DNA of 64,000 bases, from NCBI GenBank assembly GCA_963666275.2, contig CAXXOA010000001.1, forward strand, positions 1,216,001 to 1,280,000, read 5' to 3'. The DNA comes from Oceanispirochaeta sp. (lineage in GTDB: Bacteria; Spirochaetota; Spirochaetia; DSM-2461). Positions 19,512-29,028 of the stretch are shown one piece after another. Positions within the stretch are counted from its first letter, which is position 1. The number at the start of each line of letters is the position of its first letter. A program made the position numbers and the translations under genes. The notes beneath the pieces were generated by a model. That model was given only the letters and a program-made list of their open reading frames with translations. It was not told the origin of the DNA and ran no database searches.

Positions 19512-20721
19512 AGGTCCTCCCGCTTTCGGCCTTCAGGAAGGCTCTCCAGTTTTCTCCGTCCAGGGCGGCTGCGGATATAAAAATATCCTTATCCCCCCGT
19601 CCGGACATGTTGATTATAAGATTCTGATCCGGAGTCATCTCTTTTGCCAGTCTCATGGCCGCGGCTCCCGCATGGGCCGATTCCATGGCGAATATGACAC
19701 CTTCGGTCCGGGCAAAGAATTTCAGAGCCTCCAGGGCTTCTTCATCTTTTGCATCGGTAAACTCCAGGCGGCCTTCCTCTCCCAGGGCGGCCAGCTGGGG
19801 CCCTATTCCCGGGTAGTCCAGCCCGGCCGAGATGGAGTGGGTGTCCAGCACCTGGCCGTCGTCGTCCCGGAGGAACCGGCTCTTGTAGCCCTGAATGATT
19901 CCGGGGCGGCCCACGCCGGACATCCTTACGGCGTTATTCCCCTCTCCGGGGCCCCGGCCTCCGGCTTCGACCCCCACCATGCGGATCGATCTGTCCTCCA
20001 GAAAAGGCGCCAGAAATCCGATTGCATTGGATCCGCCCCCTACGCAGGCCACCATGGTGTGGATGGGAAAGTCCGCCTGCTGACGGATCTCCTTTCCTAT
20101 GACCGACTGAAACTCCCTCACCATATCGGGGTAGGGGGAGGGGCCTAATGCCGATCCCAGAAGGTAGTGGGTGTCTTCGCTGTTGGCTGTCCAGTCCCGG
20201 AAGGCTTCGTTTACCGCGTCTTTGAGAGTCCGGGATCCTGAAGTGACAGGACGGACTTCCGCTCCGAAGAGTTCCATCCAGTACACATTGGGGTGCTGCC
20301 GGCGGATATCCTCTTCTCCCATATAGATCACACAGGGCAGTCCCAGCCGGGCACAGGCCGAGGCAGTGGCCACACCGTGCTGTCCCGCTCCGGTTTCGGC
20401 AATAATCCTGGTTTTTCCCATCCGTTTTGCAAGCAGAGCCTGTCCGGCGGCATTGTTGATCTTATGGGCTCCCGTATTGGCAAGCCCCTCCAGTTTGATA
20501 TAAATCGAAGCGCCTCCCAGTTCTTTGGAAGCATTGGCGGCTTTCAGAAGGGGCGTGGGCCGTCCTATAAAACCGGTCTGGAACTCCTGCCACTCCCCCA
20601 GGAACTCAGGATCCTTTATGGCTTCCCGGAATGCTTTTTCCAGTTCCGCCAGGGGCGGCTGGAGAACTTCCGGAACATAGCGGCCGCCGTAGGGGCCGAA
20701 AAAATCATTGAACTCGGGCAT
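19504..20721 (-). CDS. trpB: Tryptophan synthase beta chain
   Basis: FGPYGGRYVPE, TGAHKINN, AETGAGQHG, CVGGGSNA, SISAGLDYPG, NMSGRGDKD. Confidence 0.97.
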   Translation of the reverse strand: MPEFNDFFGPYGGRYVPEVLQPPLAELEKAFREAIKDPEFLGEWQEFQTGFIGRPTPLLKAANASKELGGASIYIKLEGLANTGAHKINNAAGQALLAKRMGKTRIIAETGAGQHGVATASACARLGLPCVIYMGEEDIRRQHPNVYWMELFGAEVRPVTSGSRTLKDAVNEAFRDWTANSEDTHYLLGSALGPSPYPDMVREFQSVIGKEIRQQADFPIHTMVACVGGGSNAIGFLAPFLEDRSIRMVGVEAGGRGPGEGNNAVRMSGVGRPGIIQGYKSRFLRDDDGQVLDTHSISAGLDYPGIGPQLAALGEEGRLEFTDAKDEEALEALKFFARTEGVIFAMESAHAGAAAMRLAKEMTPDQNLIINMSGRGDKDIFISAAALDGENWRAFLKAESGRTYG

Positions 20722-22135
20722 AGCTCTCAATCTCCTTGAAGAATCTTTTCATTTTATCATGGTCTTTGACCCCCGGGGAGGCTTCCAGACCGCTGGAAAG
20801 GTCAATCAGCTCGGGGTGATAGGTGGTCAGGATTTCTGCCACATTTTCAGGGTTGATACCTCCGGCCAGCCAGAGCTCCCCTTTCTCCCGGGCTTTTTCC
20901 ACAAGGGCGGGGTCCAGGCGCTTGCCCGTACCTCCCGCCGCATCGGGGCTGAAGGCGTCGAGCAGACAGGGCAGGGGATAAAAGTCATCCATCCGTTCCA
21001 GATCTTTTTCTGTTTTTATACGCAGGGCCTTGTAGCCTCTTTCGCCCACTGCCGCAGGATCCTCGCTTCCATGAAACTGAATCATATCCAGATCCCCCTC
21101 ATCCAGAAGGGCCTGGTATTCTGTGGGCAGGGACTCTCCTGTTTTGAGAACCACCACACCCACTTTCAGGGTCTCCGACTTCGGGAGGGAACGGATAAAA
21201 TCCGGATCCGTCTGGCGGGGGGAGGGGGCCAGGATGAATCCTGTCATATCCGCCCCGAGCTTTACTGCCAGATCAAAGTCCTCCCTCCGGGCCAGGCCGC
21301 AGACCTTCACAAGGGGTCTATCGGATTTATAACGGTAACAGAGCCGGGAAAAGGCGCTCGCTTTGGAGTCGGGGAGACTCCCTTCCAGCCGCTTTTTGAG
21401 CTTTCCGATCAGTGAGGGATCTCTGACCACCCCTTCTCCTACAAGAAGGCCCGAAAAGCCTGCATCCACTGCAAAGGCGCCGTCCCTGTCGGTCAGGATT
21501 CCCGATTCGTAGACGATACTGGTTTCCCAGTCTATGAAAGAGCGGATTTTCAGGGGCTGAAGGGGATAGATCCGGAAGGTTTTCAGATCCCGGCTGTTGA
21601 TTCCCGTCAGACCGGGCTTGGCATGGGAGGCCTTCTGCGCATCCTCTTTGGAGTGAACCTCCACCAGAGGGGTCATACCCAATTGCACACACAGGTCATG
21701 AAGGGTTTTCAGGTCCTCCCGGCTGAGGAGGGAGGAAATGAGCAGACACGCATCCGCCCCGGCTCTGTAGGACACTTCAATATCCTCTTCTGTGAGGAGA
21801 AAGTCCTTCCTTAATACCGCCAGTTCGGGACAGGCTTTTTTGACATCCATCAGGTCCTGAAGGGAGCCTCCGAAATAGTCGGGCTCTGTCAGAACGCTCA
21901 CATGGGCGGCGCCCCGGCTTCTATAGAGTGCTGCCTGTTCCGCCGCGCTGGGGATGTCTTTGATGTGCCCTTTGGAGGGGCTCTTCCGTTTGACCTCGCA
22001 GATCAGGAGAGGGCCTGTTCCGAAGGGCACAAGAGGAACTTCCCGCTCCTGAGGAACCGAGAATCCCTCCTCCGGGCCGAGCTTTGCAACCCGTTCACTC
22101 CTCTGATCGGCGATCTTCCGTCTGATATCCATCAT
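20705..22135 (-). CDS. trpCF: Bifunctional indole-3-glycerol-phosphate synthase / phosphoribosylanthranilate isomerase
   Basis: ICEVKRKSPSKG, SVLTE, LRKDF and GINSRDL, then VKVCGL, QFHGSE, LAGGINPENV and DLSSGLE. Confidence 0.95.
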   Translation of the reverse strand: MMDIRRKIADQRSERVAKLGPEEGFSVPQEREVPLVPFGTGPLLICEVKRKSPSKGHIKDIPSAAEQAALYRSRGAAHVSVLTEPDYFGGSLQDLMDVKKACPELAVLRKDFLLTEEDIEVSYRAGADACLLISSLLSREDLKTLHDLCVQLGMTPLVEVHSKEDAQKASHAKPGLTGINSRDLKTFRIYPLQPLKIRSFIDWETSIVYESGILTDRDGAFAVDAGFSGLLVGEGVVRDPSLIGKLKKRLEGSLPDSKASAFSRLCYRYKSDRPLVKVCGLARREDFDLAVKLGADMTGFILAPSPRQTDPDFIRSLPKSETLKVGVVVLKTGESLPTEYQALLDEGDLDMIQFHGSEDPAAVGERGYKALRIKTEKDLERMDDFYPLPCLLDAFSPDAAGGTGKRLDPALVEKAREKGELWLAGGINPENVAEILTTYHPELIDLSSGLEASPGVKDHDKMKRFFKEIESYARVQ

Positions 22136-23733
22136 GCTTCTTTTTCCTTGCGGATTTTTCTCAGGGACTGAACCAGTTTTGTGACAGAGCCGTTCTCCAG
22201 AGCCGCTTTGGCCTCTTTGTATCCTTCCTCAATGGAGCCGGCTTTCCCGTACACATAGGCCGCCGCCCCGGCGTTGAGACAGCAGGCTTCTATACAGGCT
22301 CTGCTGCCCTTTCCCTTGAGAATCGCCACCGCTGCTTTGGCATTTTCCTCGCCGCTGCCGCCGTCCAGCTCGTGGGTGTCGATTCCTGAAATCCCCACGT
22401 CCGAAGGGGAGAAGGTCTGATCGGTCTCCCGGCCGTCCTGGTCTATCATAAAGATTCTTGTGGGTTTGGCCGGGGATATCTCATCCAGTCCGTCTTCGCT
22501 GTGAACGGTCATCACCCTCTGAACTCCCAGGAGTCTGGCCGCCCGGGCCATGACAGGGCAGAGCTCCCGGTCGTAGACACCGATCAGCTGGCATTCCGCT
22601 TCGGCCGGGTTGGCCAGGGGCCCCAGCATGTTCATAATGGTTTTGATTCCCATCTCCCGCCGGACCGGGGCGGCGTGGCGCATGGCCCCGTGAAAGAGGG
22701 GAGCGAAAAGGAAGGAGAATCCTGTTTTTTCAAGGTCCGCCGCCGCTTCGGAAGGGCTGCTGTCCACGGGGATCCCCAGGCTGTTGTAAAAATCAAAACT
22801 GCCGCTTTTGGAGCTCACAGCCCTGTTGCCGTGTTTGGCCACAGGAACGCCCATGGCGGCTGTGATCAGAGCGGAAAAAGAGGAGATATTGAAGGTACCC
22901 CGGCCGTCTCCGCCGGTGCCGCACATATCCACGGTTTTCCGGGGAAAATCCACTTTCAGTTTCTTTTTTGCCAGAACCCTGGCACAGCCGGCTACTTCGT
23001 GGGGTTTGATCCCCTTGGCATTGAGAGCTGTCAGCATAGAGGCGATAAAGGCATCCGAAAGGTTCCCTTCGGTCAGTTCATCCATAAAGCTCATGGCTTC
23101 GTCTTCGCTCAGGTCCTGTCTGTCCAGGACTTTTTTCAGAAGGGATGTCTTCGGCAGAGGCTCTCTTTTGTACTTGAGGAAGTTCTTCAGAAGCATATGC
23201 CCCTCTTCGCTGCCTATGGATTCGGGATGAAACTGCACCCCTTCCACTATCTGGGACTTATGCCTTACCCCCATGATCTCGCCGTCGGGAGCTCTGGCGC
23301 TGATTTCAAGAGATTCGGGCAGGGAGCTCTCCTCCGCCGCCAGGGAGTGGTACCGGGTAAAGGCGGTTCCCTGAGGGATATTGCGGAAAACGCCCCGGCC
23401 GTCGTGTTCCATCTTCTCCACTTTTCCATGGACAATCCGTTTTGCCGAAATGATCTTCCCCCCCAGGGCCTGAACAATTGTCTGATGTCCCAGGCAGATG
23501 CCCAGTATGGGGACTTTCCCGACAAAATACTTCACAGTCTCCAGGGAGATCCCCGCTTCCTCAGGCCTTCCGGGACCGGGGGAGATGATGATGGAATCGG
23601 GATTCAGGTTTTTCAGATCCTGCAGGGTAATCCTGTCGTTCCGGTGAACCTGGACCTCTTCGTCTGTAATCTCTTTCAGGTACTGGTATACGTTAAAAGT
23701 AAAGGAGTCGTAGTTATCAATCAGAACAATCAT
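22132..23733 (-). CDS. trpGD: Anthranilate synthase component II / anthranilate phosphoribosyltransferase fusion
   Basis: IDNYDSFT, SPGPG, GICLGHQ, RYHSL and QFHPES, then DMCGTGGDG, KHGNRAVSSKSGS and DGLDEIS. Confidence 0.95.
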   Translation of the reverse strand: MIVLIDNYDSFTFNVYQYLKEITDEEVQVHRNDRITLQDLKNLNPDSIIISPGPGRPEEAGISLETVKYFVGKVPILGICLGHQTIVQALGGKIISAKRIVHGKVEKMEHDGRGVFRNIPQGTAFTRYHSLAAEESSLPESLEISARAPDGEIMGVRHKSQIVEGVQFHPESIGSEEGHMLLKNFLKYKREPLPKTSLLKKVLDRQDLSEDEAMSFMDELTEGNLSDAFIASMLTALNAKGIKPHEVAGCARVLAKKKLKVDFPRKTVDMCGTGGDGRGTFNISSFSALITAAMGVPVAKHGNRAVSSKSGSFDFYNSLGIPVDSSPSEAAADLEKTGFSFLFAPLFHGAMRHAAPVRREMGIKTIMNMLGPLANPAEAECQLIGVYDRELCPVMARAARLLGVQRVMTVHSEDGLDEISPAKPTRIFMIDQDGRETDQTFSPSDVGISGIDTHELDGGSGEENAKAAVAILKGKGSRACIEACCLNAGAAAYVYGKAGSIEEGYKEAKAALENGSVTKLVQSLRKIRKEKEA

Positions 23734-23734
23734 G

Positions 23735-25146
23735 TTACACCTCTATTCCCGCGGCCAGGGCAATGGCGCGCATTTTTTCTTTGGTTTCTTCCAGTTCTCT
23801 CTCCGCGTTGGAATCGAAGACGACCCCTCCTCCCGCCTGGAGATAGAGAAACTCGTCTTTTTTCAGAGCGCTGCGGATGGTTATACAGGTATCCAGGCTG
23901 CCGTCGGCGTCCAGGTACCCCACAAGGCCCGCATAGAACCCGCGGTTGATCTTTTCCAGCCGGCTTATGGTTTTGATAGCCTGGATTTTCGGGGCCCCCG
24001 AGACGGTTCCCGCCGGAAAGGTCGCCCGGATCACATCGCCTGCGGTGACCCCCTCGTTCAGGTCTCCCACTACTTCCGATACTATGTGCATTACCTTGGA
24101 GTACCGTTCTATGCACATCATTTCGCTGATCTTGACAGTCCCTGCTTTGCAGACCCTTCCCAGGTCGTTCCGGGCCAGGTCTACAAGCATGATGTGCTCG
24201 GCTTTCTCTTTTTCATCCGACAGGAGTTCCTTTTCCAGGGCCCTGTCCTCTTTTTCATTTTTCCCCCGCCGTCTGGTCCGGCGATGGGGCGGATTATGGC
24301 CTGTCCGTTCTGTACCTTCACGTGGACTTCCGGGGAGGCTCCCAGCAGCTGGTACTGGTCAAAATCAAGATAGATCTGATAGGGCGAGGGATTGCTGGAA
24401 CGGAGATTCCTGTAGGCATCCATAGCGGACTGTTCGGTGTGGACAGTCAGACGCCGGGAGGGGACTGCCTGGAGCAGGTTCCCTTTGATAATCTCCTGTT
24501 TCAGCTCATTCACCATCTGGATATAGTATTTTTCATTGTCCGGATCAGGCAGAAGGGTGCCTTTGGAGCTCCGGTTCTGTTCGGTCATATAATTGAAATT
24601 GTAATCGAAGATCTTTGTTTCCACATCGGCGACGGCCTTTTCAAGATCCACTTCAAATCCCGGATAGTTCAGGCCGATCAGGGATATCTCATCTGTGTAG
24701 TGATCAAAAATCAGCATCACATGACCGAAAAGGAATTCTCCCAGGGGAAGTCCCAGGGCATCCTCACTTTCCACAAAGGGGATATCATCGCAGTAGGCGG
24801 CAAATTCGAAGGAGAGAAAGCCGATTCCACCGGCCGGTACGGGAAACTCCTCGTCAATGTCGCTATGGTAGGATGCCATTTTCTGAAGGACATGAAGGAT
24901 ATCTTCTCCCTGATGGTTGATCCTCTCTTCGCCTTTTGCCGAACGCCTGTAGCACACATCTCCCTGCTGCAGGATCCGGAAGGCTTCGTCCACCAGGAGG
25001 ATGGAGTAGCGGGAATGCCCTCCCGACAGGGAAGAGGACTCCAGCAGGCACTTGGCCTCCAGTTTGATTGCCAGGGCACAGGGTGTGAATTTATCACCGG
25101 GGACTTTCTTTTTATAGTAGTTCTGGGTACCGGTCTGAAATGACAT
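23735..25146 (-). pseudogene. trpE: Anthranilate synthase component I, split by a 1-nt frameshift near 24278 (real lesion or sequencing error)
   Basis: The N-terminal frame (LLESS, NPSPY, GASPE, RPIAG) continues in the -1 frame as [41 protein letters not shown]...FPAGTVSGAPK. Confidence 0.88.
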
Positions 25147-25217
25147 GGTCTCTTCTCCTTTACCGAAGGGTATTCCCTCAGGACGGACTCACTTCGGCCG
25201 CCCTGAATATATCAGAT

Positions 25218-25279
25218 GTATCTATGCGTAGAAACGTACTGATACATAGAAACATACGGGGAAAAACTTATCCTGTCAA
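25218..25279 (-). promoter_or_regulatory. trp operon promoter with two tandem 18-bp operator-like boxes
   Basis: Minus strand TTGACA (25279-25274)-N17-TATGTT. Boxes GTATCTATGCGTAGAAAC (25218-25235) and GTACTGATACATAGAAAC (25236-25253). Confidence 0.65.
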
Positions 25280-25367
25280 GTCCGGTTGAAAAAAAGTCCT
25301 TTTTCCGAGGGTTTTGAGGAAAACAGCTTTCTGAAAGGGGTAAAAATGAAAGAGGGAAAAGGGGACG

Positions 25368-26009
25368 TTACTGTATGACTGTGCCGTTTCCGGGAGGAGG
25401 TCCTGCCGGTGCAGGAGAAGAGGCGCCGCCTTTGCCGCGCTTGGAACGGCTTCCCAGAACATTCAGAAATATACCGTAAACGGCGCCGCAGACACCTCCC
25501 ACAATATGGGATATCTGGGAAATGTCATCTGTGTTGACGATGTTGATAACCTCTTTGACAAGGTAGATACCCAGGATCGCAAAGAAGGAGACGGGAATCT
25601 CGCTCTGCTTGGCTCCCGCAAAGGATGTGAGGAGGATCATCATAAAGGCGATGCCGCTGGCTCCCAGCAGTTCGGTGGGAAAGAAAAGGGCGTTCAGGAT
25701 GCCGTTGATGAGAGTTGTCATAATCATCATCAGCGCCACCTTGCTGCTGCCGTATCGCTCTTCCAGTACCGGACCCAGCAGGAGGATAAAGGTCATGTTG
25801 CTTAAAAGATGGTCCCAGTTGGCATGGCCCAGCGCATGGGTCAGAAGCCTGATATAGGCGGGAAAGTCGTCCAGCTGGAAGGTCAGAGCCCCCTCTGCGG
25901 TGAACACACCCTGGATCATTCCCGGTACCAGATACTGATCGCAGACCAGTATAAAGGTGCATACCAGGGCAAAAGTGAGGGAAACCGGGGCATTGTACTT
26001 CAATCTCAT
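25368..26009 (-). CDS. Rhomboid-family intramembrane serine protease
   Basis: HANWDHLLSN, GASG (catalytic Ser) and ISQISHIVGG (catalytic His); multiple TM segments. Confidence 0.9.
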   Translation of the reverse strand: MRLKYNAPVSLTFALVCTFILVCDQYLVPGMIQGVFTAEGALTFQLDDFPAYIRLLTHALGHANWDHLLSNMTFILLLGPVLEERYGSSKVALMMIMTTLINGILNALFFPTELLGASGIAFMMILLTSFAGAKQSEIPVSFFAILGIYLVKEVINIVNTDDISQISHIVGGVCGAVYGIFLNVLGSRSKRGKGGASSPAPAGPPPGNGTVIQ

Positions 26010-26152
26010 GACTTTAAGACTCTCCTTTTCCCATTGTCGGAAAAAGAGCACCGGGTATTTAACAGTTCTTCCATTAAACCGGTACGCTCCGGACCCTTTT
26101 TGAATCAGATACTCCGTATTGCCTGTATAGCTATGTAACAGGCTGGGGAATA

Positions 26153-26181
26153 TTGCATACGTGTATTACACGTGTTATAAT
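26153..26181 (+). promoter_or_regulatory. hicAB promoter with an operator palindrome in the spacer
   Basis: TTGCAT-N17-TATAAT with the inverted repeat ACGTGT-ATT-ACACGT at 26159-26173. Confidence 0.8.
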
Positions 26182-26195
26182 GAAAGGAGTCACTG

Positions 26196-26378
26196 GTGAC
26201 ATCTAAAGAAGTGATCAGAATTCTGGAAAAGGATGGCTGGTATCTTGTTAATGTGAAAGGGAGCCACTATCAGTTCAGGCACCACCGAAAGAAGGGAAGA
26301 ATTACGGTACCATTCCATAGAAAAGACATTAAGTCCGGAACTCTGCATGCCATTTTAAAGCAGGCGGGTATCAAATGA
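26196..26378 (+). CDS. hicA: HicA-family mRNA interferase toxin
   Basis: 60 aa, KEVIRILEKDGW...KGSHYQF...ITVPFH...GTLHAILKQAG. Confidence 0.93.
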   Translation: MTSKEVIRILEKDGWYLVNVKGSHYQFRHHRKKGRITVPFHRKDIKSGTLHAILKQAGIK

Positions 26379-26395
26379 AATTGAAGAGGTGGAGT

Positions 26396-26779
26396 ATGAA
26401 AAAGTATGTTTATCCCGCAGTTTTTGAACCTGAAGAGGGCGGATATAATGTCAGCTTTCCGGATCTTCCCGGTTGCCTTACCTGCGGTAATGATATGGAA
26501 GATGCTATTAATATGGCTGAAGATGCGCTGAGAGGATTTCTCGAATGGCTGGAAGAGGATAATGAGTCATTTCCGAGGCCAGTGGATCCAAGAAAAGTTA
26601 AATGTTCCAGCAAAGGATTTGTATCTCTTGTTTCTGTTTTTCTCTATCCCATGCACGAAGAAAGATCTGTCAAAAAAACTCTTACCATTCCCAAATGGCT
26701 GAATGATGAGGCGGTTAAAAAAAATATAAACTTCTCCCAGGTTCTGCAGAAGGAGTTGAAGAGGATTGTTCTGCATTAG
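26396..26779 (+). CDS. hicB: HicB-family antitoxin
   Basis: YPAVF...YNVSFPDLPGCLTCG...AINMAEDAL, with C-terminal KKTLTIPKWLN...INFSQVLQ. Confidence 0.93.
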   Translation: MKKYVYPAVFEPEEGGYNVSFPDLPGCLTCGNDMEDAINMAEDALRGFLEWLEEDNESFPRPVDPRKVKCSSKGFVSLVSVFLYPMHEERSVKKTLTIPKWLNDEAVKKNINFSQVLQKELKRIVLH

Positions 26780-26806
26780 GGGACTTTTCAATCCCCCGGC
26801 ATTCTG

Positions 26807-27310
26807 TTAGTTCTGGTTATTATCCATTCTGATCAGATTCTGCTTCTCATCTTCGGTAGGGAAAATATAGGTCATCATGGCGAGTCCCGCCAGATAGAAG
26901 GGATAGTAGATCTCTCTGCTTCCTTTTGTCAGGATAAAGAGGATAAATCCCAGGATCACCACCAGTTCGCAAAGGGCTGAGGGGGGGAGCAGCAGGGCCA
27001 TGGCTGAACTGTTTCCCTGCTGTTTGATCATCTTCAGCTGGAACTGGAGAAATGCCATGACAGGACCCTCTTTCATTGTCCGTATGGTCCTTTTGATAAA
27101 AAATGCCAGGACCAGGAGCACAAAACCTACTACAGTAAACACAGTATGGATTGTTCCGGCCGTGCCGGTACCTGATAAAACCTGTTCGGGCTGAGTGATG
27201 ATTCCTTTGAGCATCAGTTCGGTTATTATAATCAGTACCAGAGCCACTCCCAGCTGAGCGGCTGATACAAGTTTGATCATATTGAACTGACTGTTGTAAT
27301 TGTTCCCCAT
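26807..27310 (-). CDS. Hypothetical membrane protein
   Basis: 167-aa ORF with about four hydrophobic segments and an AGGAG RBS. Confidence 0.7.
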   Translation of the reverse strand: MGNNYNSQFNMIKLVSAAQLGVALVLIIITELMLKGIITQPEQVLSGTGTAGTIHTVFTVVGFVLLVLAFFIKRTIRTMKEGPVMAFLQFQLKMIKQQGNSSAMALLLPPSALCELVVILGFILFILTKGSREIYYPFYLAGLAMMTYIFPTEDEKQNLIRMDNNQN

Positions 27311-27331
27311 TCTCCTGTCCCCCGTTGTTTT

Positions 27332-28093
27332 TTATTTTAAAATCAGCTCTACAGGGCAGTGATCGCTGCCCATCACTTCCTGATGGATCACACTGTCCTG
27401 GACCATATCCATACTGCTTTCATGGGTGCACCAGTAGTCCAGTCTCCACCCCACATTCCTTTCCCGGGCTTTCATCCTGTAGGACCACCAGGTGAACTGT
27501 TCCGGTTCCTTATGAAAGTGACGGAACGTATCCACCCAGCCGCTGTCTGTAAACTCATCCATCCAGGCTCTCTCCTCGGGGAGATAACCGGGATTCTTTT
27601 CATTATTTTTGGGATGGGTCAGGTCTATGGGTTTATGGGCCACATTGTAATCCCCACAGATAAACACATTTTTCCCCTCTTCGCGCAGGGAATCCGCCAG
27701 TTTATGGAGGGTCCGGTTGAATCCCAGTTTGTAATCCAGCCTGGCTCCTTCGGACTGGGCGTTGGGAAAGTAGCAGTTGATAATGGTAAAGTCTTTAAAT
27801 TCCGCTACCTGAGTCCGTCCCTCATAGTCGAATTCCTCCACCCCCATGCCGGTGACAGAAAGAGCTTCCTCCTTTGAGTAGAGTGCCACTCCGCTGTAGC
27901 CTTTTTTTTCGGCGCTCCGGAAATAGCTGTGATACCCTTCCTGTTCCAGAAAGTGGGGCTTCAGCTGCTCAGGCTGAGCCTTTGTTTCCTGCAGGCAAAG
28001 GATATCGGGCTGAAACTCCTTCATCCACTCAAATAGCCCTTTGCCTTCTATCGCTCTGATGCCGTTCACATTCCAGGAAACCAGTTTTTTCAT
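27332..28093 (-). CDS. xth: Exodeoxyribonuclease III / AP endonuclease
   Basis: SWNVNGIRA, LQETK, GYSGVA, GDYNVAH, WWSYR, GWRLDY, SDHCP. Start at 28093. Confidence 0.96.
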   Translation of the reverse strand: MKKLVSWNVNGIRAIEGKGLFEWMKEFQPDILCLQETKAQPEQLKPHFLEQEGYHSYFRSAEKKGYSGVALYSKEEALSVTGMGVEEFDYEGRTQVAEFKDFTIINCYFPNAQSEGARLDYKLGFNRTLHKLADSLREEGKNVFICGDYNVAHKPIDLTHPKNNEKNPGYLPEERAWMDEFTDSGWVDTFRHFHKEPEQFTWWSYRMKARERNVGWRLDYWCTHESSMDMVQDSVIHQEVMGSDHCPVELILK

Positions 28094-28173
28094 TATGTAC
28101 TCCTCTCTTCTTTTCAAAGAATAGATTTCCCCTCTGGAGCTGTCAACACTATCTGTTTTATAATGTTTTTCAT

Positions 28174-28764
28174 ATGCATTTCCTGCCGCAGGGACTACAG
28201 GTACCAGACGACTCCTTTTACAACAGCTCCCCCGACGTGGTGGCTGAAAAACTGCTTGGCAAGATCCTGCTGAGGAGATTCCCCGACGGGTCATTCCTGT
28301 CCGGAAGGATCTGCGAAACCGAAGCCTACAGTCCCGAGGATCCGGCATCCCACTCCTATACAGGGATCACGGAACGGAATGCCCCCATGTTCGGCCCCCC
28401 CGGAAGGGCCTATGTTTATCTGATCTATGGAATCCATCACTGCCTGAATGTGGTGACAGGACCGGAGGGAGAGGGGAGCGCCGTACTGATCCGGGGGATA
28501 ATCCCTCTGGAAGGGCTGGATCTCATACGGAAAAGACGGGGATCCGGATTGAAGGACTCTCAGCTCTGCAATGGGCCGGGAAAGATCTGCCAGGCTCTGG
28601 ATCTTGACAGAACCTGGAACCACCATCCATTTCGCCTGGCCCCACTTCAGATTCTCTCGGATTCCCTCCCTGTCCATCCCGGGTGTATTGTTCAGACCCC
28701 CCGGATCGGAATCACCCTCAATGCCGCCGCCCTGAGGCGTTTTTTGTGGGTTCCGGAAAACTGA
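28174..28764 (+). CDS. 3-methyladenine DNA glycosylase (MPG/AAG family)
   Basis: ICETEAY, DPASHS, YVYLIYGIHHCLNVV, AVLIRG, NGPGKICQAL, PRIGI. Confidence 0.93.
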   Translation: MHFLPQGLQVPDDSFYNSSPDVVAEKLLGKILLRRFPDGSFLSGRICETEAYSPEDPASHSYTGITERNAPMFGPPGRAYVYLIYGIHHCLNVVTGPEGEGSAVLIRGIIPLEGLDLIRKRRGSGLKDSQLCNGPGKICQALDLDRTWNHHPFRLAPLQILSDSLPVHPGCIVQTPRIGITLNAAALRRFLWVPEN

Positions 28765-28797
28765 GATACGAAAAACATATTTTTTTTCCGATTAAGC

Positions 28798-28826
28798 TTG
28801 ACCGGATTATCAGGCGGGAGTAATAT
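28798..28826 (+). promoter_or_regulatory. sigma70 promoter for the Ala leader and aminotransferase
   Basis: TTGACC (28798)-N17-TAATAT (28821-28826). The leader ATG follows 7 nt after the -10. Confidence 0.65.
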
Positions 28827-28833
28827 CACTTAC

Positions 28834-28920
28834 ATGAATACGGGTGGAAATATTTCAGTACAGAAACATCTCTGCGCAGCAGCGGCAGCGGCGGCCTCTT
28901 ACAGAGGAATCGACGGCTGA
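28834..28920 (+). CDS. Putative attenuator leader peptide MNTGGNISVQKHLCAAAAAAASYRGIDG
   Basis: 28-aa ORF with seven consecutive Ala codons (28876-28896), followed by a terminator and the aminotransferase gene. Confidence 0.75.
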   Translation: MNTGGNISVQKHLCAAAAAAASYRGIDG

Positions 28921-28940
28921 CCCGTTAATAAGTCAACTAC

Positions 28941-28975
28941 GCCGCGGTTCTTCCAGGGACTGCGGCTTTTTTTTT
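28941..28975 (+). terminator. Attenuator terminator in the aminotransferase leader
   Basis: GCCGCGGTTCT-TCCA-GGGACTGCGGC followed by T9. Confidence 0.85.
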
Positions 28976-29028
28976 ACCTGAAAACAGCAGCGGTTTTGGA
29001 AAGACCCGGGCAGAACAGGAGTAGAACA

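Noticed and set aside
25150..25256. Possible trp leader peptide (short ORFs such as MYQYVSTHRYI)
   Set aside because: No Trp codons, no SD and no T-tailed terminator; the operator interpretation fits better.
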